A stretch of 64,000 bases of DNA from the human T2T-CHM13v2.0 reference genome, Homo sapiens. The DNA is taken from the NCBI RefSeq assembly GCF_009914755.1, contig NC_060940.1, one strand, 5' to 3'. Both the position numbers and the translations under genes were made by a program. This document shows, in pieces, positions 58,601-64,000 of the stretch; positions within the stretch are counted from its first letter, which is position 1, and the number at the start of each line of letters is the position of its first letter. The notes beneath the pieces were generated by a model that saw only the letters and a program-made list of their open reading frames with translations, ran no database searches and had not been told where the DNA came from.

Positions 58601-61600
58601 TTCGATGATGATTCCATTCGAGTCCATTCGATGATTTCATTCGAGTACATCCAATGATTCCATTCGAGTCCATTTGATGATTCCGTTTGATTCCATTTGA
58701 TAATGATTCTACTAGAGTCCATTCAATGACTCCATTCGAGTCCATTCAACAATTCCATTCGACTCCATTTGATGATTCCATTCGATTCCATTTGATGATT
58801 CCATTCGAGTCCATTTAATCATTACAGTCGAGTCCATTTGGTGATTCCACCGGATTTCTTTTGATAATGATACCATTCAATTACATTTGATGATGATCCC
58901 ATTCAATTTCATTTGATGATGATTCCATTAGAGTCCATTCGATGATTTCATTCGAGTCCCTTCATTGATTCCATCCGATTTCATTGGATGATGACTCCAT
59001 TCGAGTCCATTCGATGATTCCACTCGATTCCATTAGATGATTCCATTGGAGTCCATTTGATTGTTCCATTCGATTCTATTCGATTCCTTTCGAAGATTAT
59101 TCCATTTGAGTCCATTCGATGATGATTCCATTCCATTCCATTCGATGATTCCGTTTGATTCCATTCGATGATTCCCTTCGATTCCTTTCTTTGATGATTC
59201 CATTCCATTCCATTCAATGATTCCATTCGAATCTATTCCATGATGATTCCTTTCGATTCCATTCGCTGATGTTTCCGTTCAATTCCATTCGATGATGATT
59301 CCATTCGATTCCATTCATTGAGGATTCCATTTGATTCCATTCAATGATGATTCCATTCTATTCCATTCAATGATTGCATTCAATTCCATTCAATGATTAT
59401 CCCATTAGAGTAAACTCAAAGATTCCATTCAATACCATTCGATGATGATTCCTTTTGAGTCCATTCAATGATTTCATTCAAGTCCATTTGATGATTCCTT
59501 TCAATTCCATTCTATGATGATTCCATTCGAGTCCATTCGATGATTCCATTCGATTGCATTCGATGATTCCATTATATTCCATTCAACGATGATTCCATTC
59601 GAGTCCATTCGATGATTCCATTAGAGTACATTTAATGATTGCTTTGTTTTCAATTCGAAGATGATTACATTGGATTCCATTCTATGATACCATTCGATTC
59701 CATTCAATGATGATTCCACTAAAATCCATTGGATGAATCCATTCGTGTCCATTCGGTGATTTCATTAGATTCCATTCGAGGATGATTCCATTTGATTCCA
59801 TTCGATGATTCCATTCAATTCTATTCGATGATGATTCCATTCCAGTCCATATGATCATTCCATTTGATTTCATTCGATGATGATTCCATTCGATTCCATT
59901 CGATGATTCCATTCTATTCCATTCGATGATGATTCCATTCGAGTCCATTCGATGATTCCATTCGAGTCCATTTAATGATTCCATTGGGTTCAATTCAATG
60001 ATGATTACATTGGATTCCGTTCTATGATTCCATTCAATTCCGTTCATTGACAATTTGATTCCATTCGATGATGATTCCATTTGAGTTCATTCGATGATTC
60101 TATTCGATTCTCTTCGATGGTGATTCAATTCTATTATATTGGATGATTCCATTCGATTCCATTTGATGTTGATTCAATTCGATTCTATTCGATGATGATT
60201 CCATTGGATTTCACTTGATGATTCTATTCGATTCCATTCAATGATGATTCACTTCTCGTCCATTGGATGATTCCATTTCATTCCATTCGATGATGATTCC
60301 ATTCGATTCCATTCGATGATTCCATTTGATTCCATGCGACGGTGAGCAATTCGATTCAATTCCATGATGATTCTATTTGATTCAATTAGATGATGTTTCC
60401 ATTCGAATCCATTCCATGATTATTCCATTGGAATCCATTTGGCGATGATTCCATATGAGTCAATTCAATGATGATTCCATATGGGTCCGTTCGATGATAA
60501 TTCCATTTGATTTCATTCGATGCTTCTATTCTATTCCAGTCGATGATGATTCCGTTGGAGTCCATACGATGATTCCATTTGATTTCATTTGATGATGATT
60601 CCATTCGATGATGATTACATTGGATTCCATTCTATGATTCCATTCAATTCCATTCGTTGATGATTCGATTCCATTCAATGATGATTCCATTTGAGTTCAT
60701 TCGATGATTCTATTCGATTCCGTTCGATGGTGATTCAATTATTTTATATTGGATGATTCCACTCGATTCCATTTGATGATTATTCCATTGGAGTCCACTT
60801 AGTGAATCCTTTAGATTCTACTCGACGATGATTCCATTCGAGTCCATTCGATGATACCATTCAATTCCATTCGTTGATGCTTCCATTCAAGTGCATTCGA
60901 TGATATCATTTGATTCCATTTGATGATAATTCCATTTGATTCCATGCGATGATTCTATTCGATTCCATTCAATGATAATTCCATTCAATTCAGTGATTCC
61001 TCTGGACTCCATTTGATGATGATTCCATTCAATGATTCCATTCGATTCTATTCGAAAATGATTCCATTTGAATCCATTTGATGATGATTCCATTAGATTC
61101 CATTTGATGATTCCATTCGATTGCATTTGACGATGATTCCATTCGATTCCATTTGATGATCCCATTCTATTCTATTCGATGATGATTCCATTCGATTCCA
61201 TTTGATGATGATTGGATTCGATTCCATTTGATGATTTCATTTGATTCCATTCGTTAATGATTTCGATCAACTCCATTCGATGATTCCATTTGATTCCATT
61301 CGATAATGATTACATCCGAGTCCATTCGATGATTCCATTTGAGCCCGTTCGATAATTGCATTTGAGTCCAATCAATGATTCCATTCATTTCCATTCAATG
61401 ATTCCATTCGAGTCCATTTGATCATTCCGGTAGGGTCCGTTCGATGTTGATTCCATTGGAGTGCATTCGATGATTCCATTCGAGTCCATTTTATGATTTG
61501 ATTCGAGTCCTTTCGATGATTCCATTCGATTCCACTCGATGATGATTTCATTCGAGTCCATTCGACACTTCCAATCGATTCCATTTGATGTTTCCATTCG

Positions 61601-61739
61601 AGTCCAATTGATGATTCCATTCAATTCCATTCGATGATGATTCCGTACGATTCCATTCTGTGATGATTCCATGTGATTGCATTCCATGATGATTCCTTTC
61701 GATTGCATTCGATTATGATTCATTTCGTGTTCATTCTAT
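55628..61739 (+). repeat. 6112-bp full-length A1 master-like unit
   Basis: Landmark spacing 55628->61740. It contains all major A-type sub-blocks once. Offset 29075 to the distal part of the 24615 unit (27125/56200, 31812/60887). Confidence 0.9.
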
Positions 61740-64000
61740 GGTTCCACAGGTTTCCATTCGATGACGTTTCCGTTCGTGTCCATTCCATTATTCCATTCTA
61801 TTTCATTTGATGATGATTCCATTCGATTCCATTCATTGGTGATTCCACTCAATTCCATTCAATGATTCCATTCCATTTCTTTCAACAATGATTCCATTAG
61901 TTTCTATTCGATGATCCACTTGATTCCATTTGGCGATGATTCCATTCGTGTCCATTCGATGATTCCATTTGATTCCATATGATGATGATTCCATTCGATT
62001 CCATACCATGATGATTCCATTCGAGTCCATTCAATGGTGATTCCATTCAATTCCATTCGATGATTCCTTCCGATTCCATTCGATGATGATGGCATTCGAT
62101 TCCTTTCAATCATTCCCTTTGATTCCATTCAAAGGTGATTTCATTCAAGTCCATTCGATAATTGCATTCGATTCCATTCTATGATGATTCCATTCGAGTC
62201 CATTTGATGATTCCATTCAATTCAAGTCAATGATGATTCCATTCAATTCCACTCGATGATTCCATTGGATTCCATTCGATGATGATTCCATTCAAATCCA
62301 TTCGATAATTCAATTCAAGTCCATTCGATGATGATTCCAATCGAATCCATTCAAAGATTCCATTCAATTCCATTCGATGATGATTCCCTTAGATTCCATT
62401 CGATGATTCCACTTGATTCCATTTACGATGATTCCATTCGATTCCATGTGATGAATCCATTCAATTCTATTCAATGATGTTTCCATTTGATTCCATTGGA
62501 CCATGATTGCCTTTGATTCCATTCAATGATTCCATTCGGTTCCATTTGATGATGATTCCGTTCGATTCCATTTCATTATTCCATTTAATTCCATTGGATG
62601 AGTCCATTCGATTACATTCGATGATTATTCCATTCGAGTGCATTAGATGATTGCATTCGAGTCCATTCGATGATTCCATTCGATTCCATTCGATGTTGAT
62701 TCTGTTCAAATCCATTCGATGATTCCACTCGATTCCATTCGATGACTCCATTTGATCCCATTCGATGATTTCCTGTGATTCCCTTTGATGATCATTCTAT
62801 TTGATTCAATTCGGTGATTTCATTTCATTCCATTCAGTGATGTTTCCATTCGACTGTATTCGATGATGATTCCATTCGACTCCATTCGATTATGATTTCA
62901 TTCAATTCCATTCAATAATGATTCCCTTCGAGTCCATTCGATGATTCCATTCGATTCCATTCAACGATGATTTGATTCGTTTCCATTCGATGATTCTATT
63001 TGATTCCACTTGATGATGATTCCATTCGAGTCCATTTGATGATTCCATTCGAGTCTATTTATGTATTATATTCGTGTCCACTTCATGATTCCATTCAATT
63101 CCATTTAATGTTGATTCCATTTGATTCCATTTGATGATTCAGTTCGATTCCTTGCAATGATTCCCTACGATTCCTTTCTCTGATGATTCCATTCGATTCC
63201 ATTCATTGATGATTTCATTCGACTCCATTCGATGATGATTCCTTTCGATTCCATTTGACGATGTTTCCATTCGAGTCCATTCGATGATGATTCTATTCAA
63301 TTCTGTTCTATTATGATTCCATTCGATTTCATTCAATGTTTCTATTTGATTCTATTCGATGATGATTCCATCTCTTTCCCTTCGATGATTCCTTTTGATT
63401 CCATTCAGTGATGATTCCATTTGATTCCATCTGATGATGATTTCACTTGATTCCTTTCAATGATGATTCAATTCAAGTCCATTCGATGATTCCATTGGAG
63501 TCCAAACGATCATTCCGTTCGATTCCATTCAATGGTGATTCCATTCATGTCCATTCGATGAATCCATTCAATTCCATTCGATGATGACTCCATTCGAGTA
63601 CATTCGATGATTCCATTTGATTCCATTTGAAGATGATTCCATTCAATTCCATTCGAAGATGATTCCATTCAATTCCATTCGATGATGATTCCGTATGAAT
63701 CCATTCTCTGATTATTCCATTCGATTCCATTCATTGACGATTCCATTCAATTCCATTCAATGATGATTCTCTTCTATTCCATTCGATGATTCCGGTCGAT
63801 TCCATTCGATGATGATTCCATTAGATTCCATTCGATTGTTGCATTCGATTCCCTTCGATGATGATTCCTTTGAATTCCATTCGATTATCATTCCGTATGA
63901 ATCCATTTGATGATTATTCCATTGGATTCCTTTCGATGATGATTCCATTCGAGTCCATTCGATGATTCTATTCGAATCCATTTGATGATTTCTTTTGATT
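61740..64000 (+). repeat. Partial type B unit that switches to A-type sequence at 63932-63952
   Basis: B marker at 63051 and offset 29075 to the 32665 unit. The last ~48 bp match ~57913-57960 instead of the B continuation. Confidence 0.85.

Larger units (their letters stand above)
1..64000 (+). repeat. Human Satellite II (HSat2/HSATII) tandem array, CATTC strand on +; probably HSat2B-like (~6.1-kb period)
   Basis: Continuous ATTCCATTCGATTCCATTCGATGATG / CATTCGAGTCC motifs from first to last base, with dense TCGA sites and GATGAT spacers. This is the HSat2 signature rather than the simple (CATTC)n of HSat3. The subfamily call is inferred only from the 6.1-kb period. Confidence 0.97.

Noticed and set aside
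346-63981. Many 60-165 aa minus-strand ORFs (MESSSNGIEWNHRMDSNGII...)
   Set aside because: These are translations of GAATGGAATCATCATC repeats. The minus strand is ATG-rich and stop-poor, ORFs overlap in several frames, and their ends shift with single SNVs between copies. There is no gene structure.
1-64000. CRISPR-like or diversity-generating repeat-spacer array
   Set aside because: There is no invariant repeat separated by unique spacers. All intervening sequence is the same satellite, and no cas, RT or other genes are present.
1-64000. HSat3, alpha satellite or telomeric repeat; HSF1 heat-shock element array
   Set aside because: Pure (CATTC)n runs are only about 3-4 copies long. I saw no 171-bp monomer, CENP-B box or TTAGGG array, and no clear alternating nGAAn arrays.
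1-64000. Assignment to a specific chromosome (e.g. 16q11.2)
   Set aside because: The ~6.1-kb period is suggestive of the chr16 HSat2B array, but related arrays exist on other chromosomes and in other apes. Mapping would be required.
1-64000. Inversion or L1/Alu insertion within the array
   Set aside because: I saw no GAATG-oriented block and no non-satellite stretch on reading through the window.

Overview
The whole 64 kb is one uninterrupted, single-orientation array of human-type classical Satellite II (HSat2/HSATII). It is built from diverged CATTC-derived 23/26-bp motifs (ATTCCATTCGATTCCATTCGATG[ATG]) with frequent CATTCGAGTC variants. I see no genes, RNA genes, transposon insertions, inversions or CRISPR arrays, and all ORFs in the track are translation artefacts of the satellite. 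I found no new protein-coding or defence system. What can be read from the sequence is its higher-order architecture. A once-per-unit landmark (GGTTCCACAGG at 253, 2508, 4763, 8880, 14645, 18759, 24615, 32665, 36779, 43934, 50086, 55628, 61740) splits the array into units of 2255, 2255, 4117, 5765, 4114, 5856, 8050, 4114, 7155, 6152, 5542 and 6112 bp. All of these lengths can be reconciled by hand to a ~6.1-kb master unit (similar to the period reported for HSat2B-type arrays) and a 4.1-kb variant unit, modified by discrete deletions, duplications and template switches, several with 11-24 bp junction microhomology. The unit order suggests an underlying ~16.1-kb three-unit super-repeat (4114+5856+6112). 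All coordinates and offsets were counted manually and should be confirmed by self-alignment.
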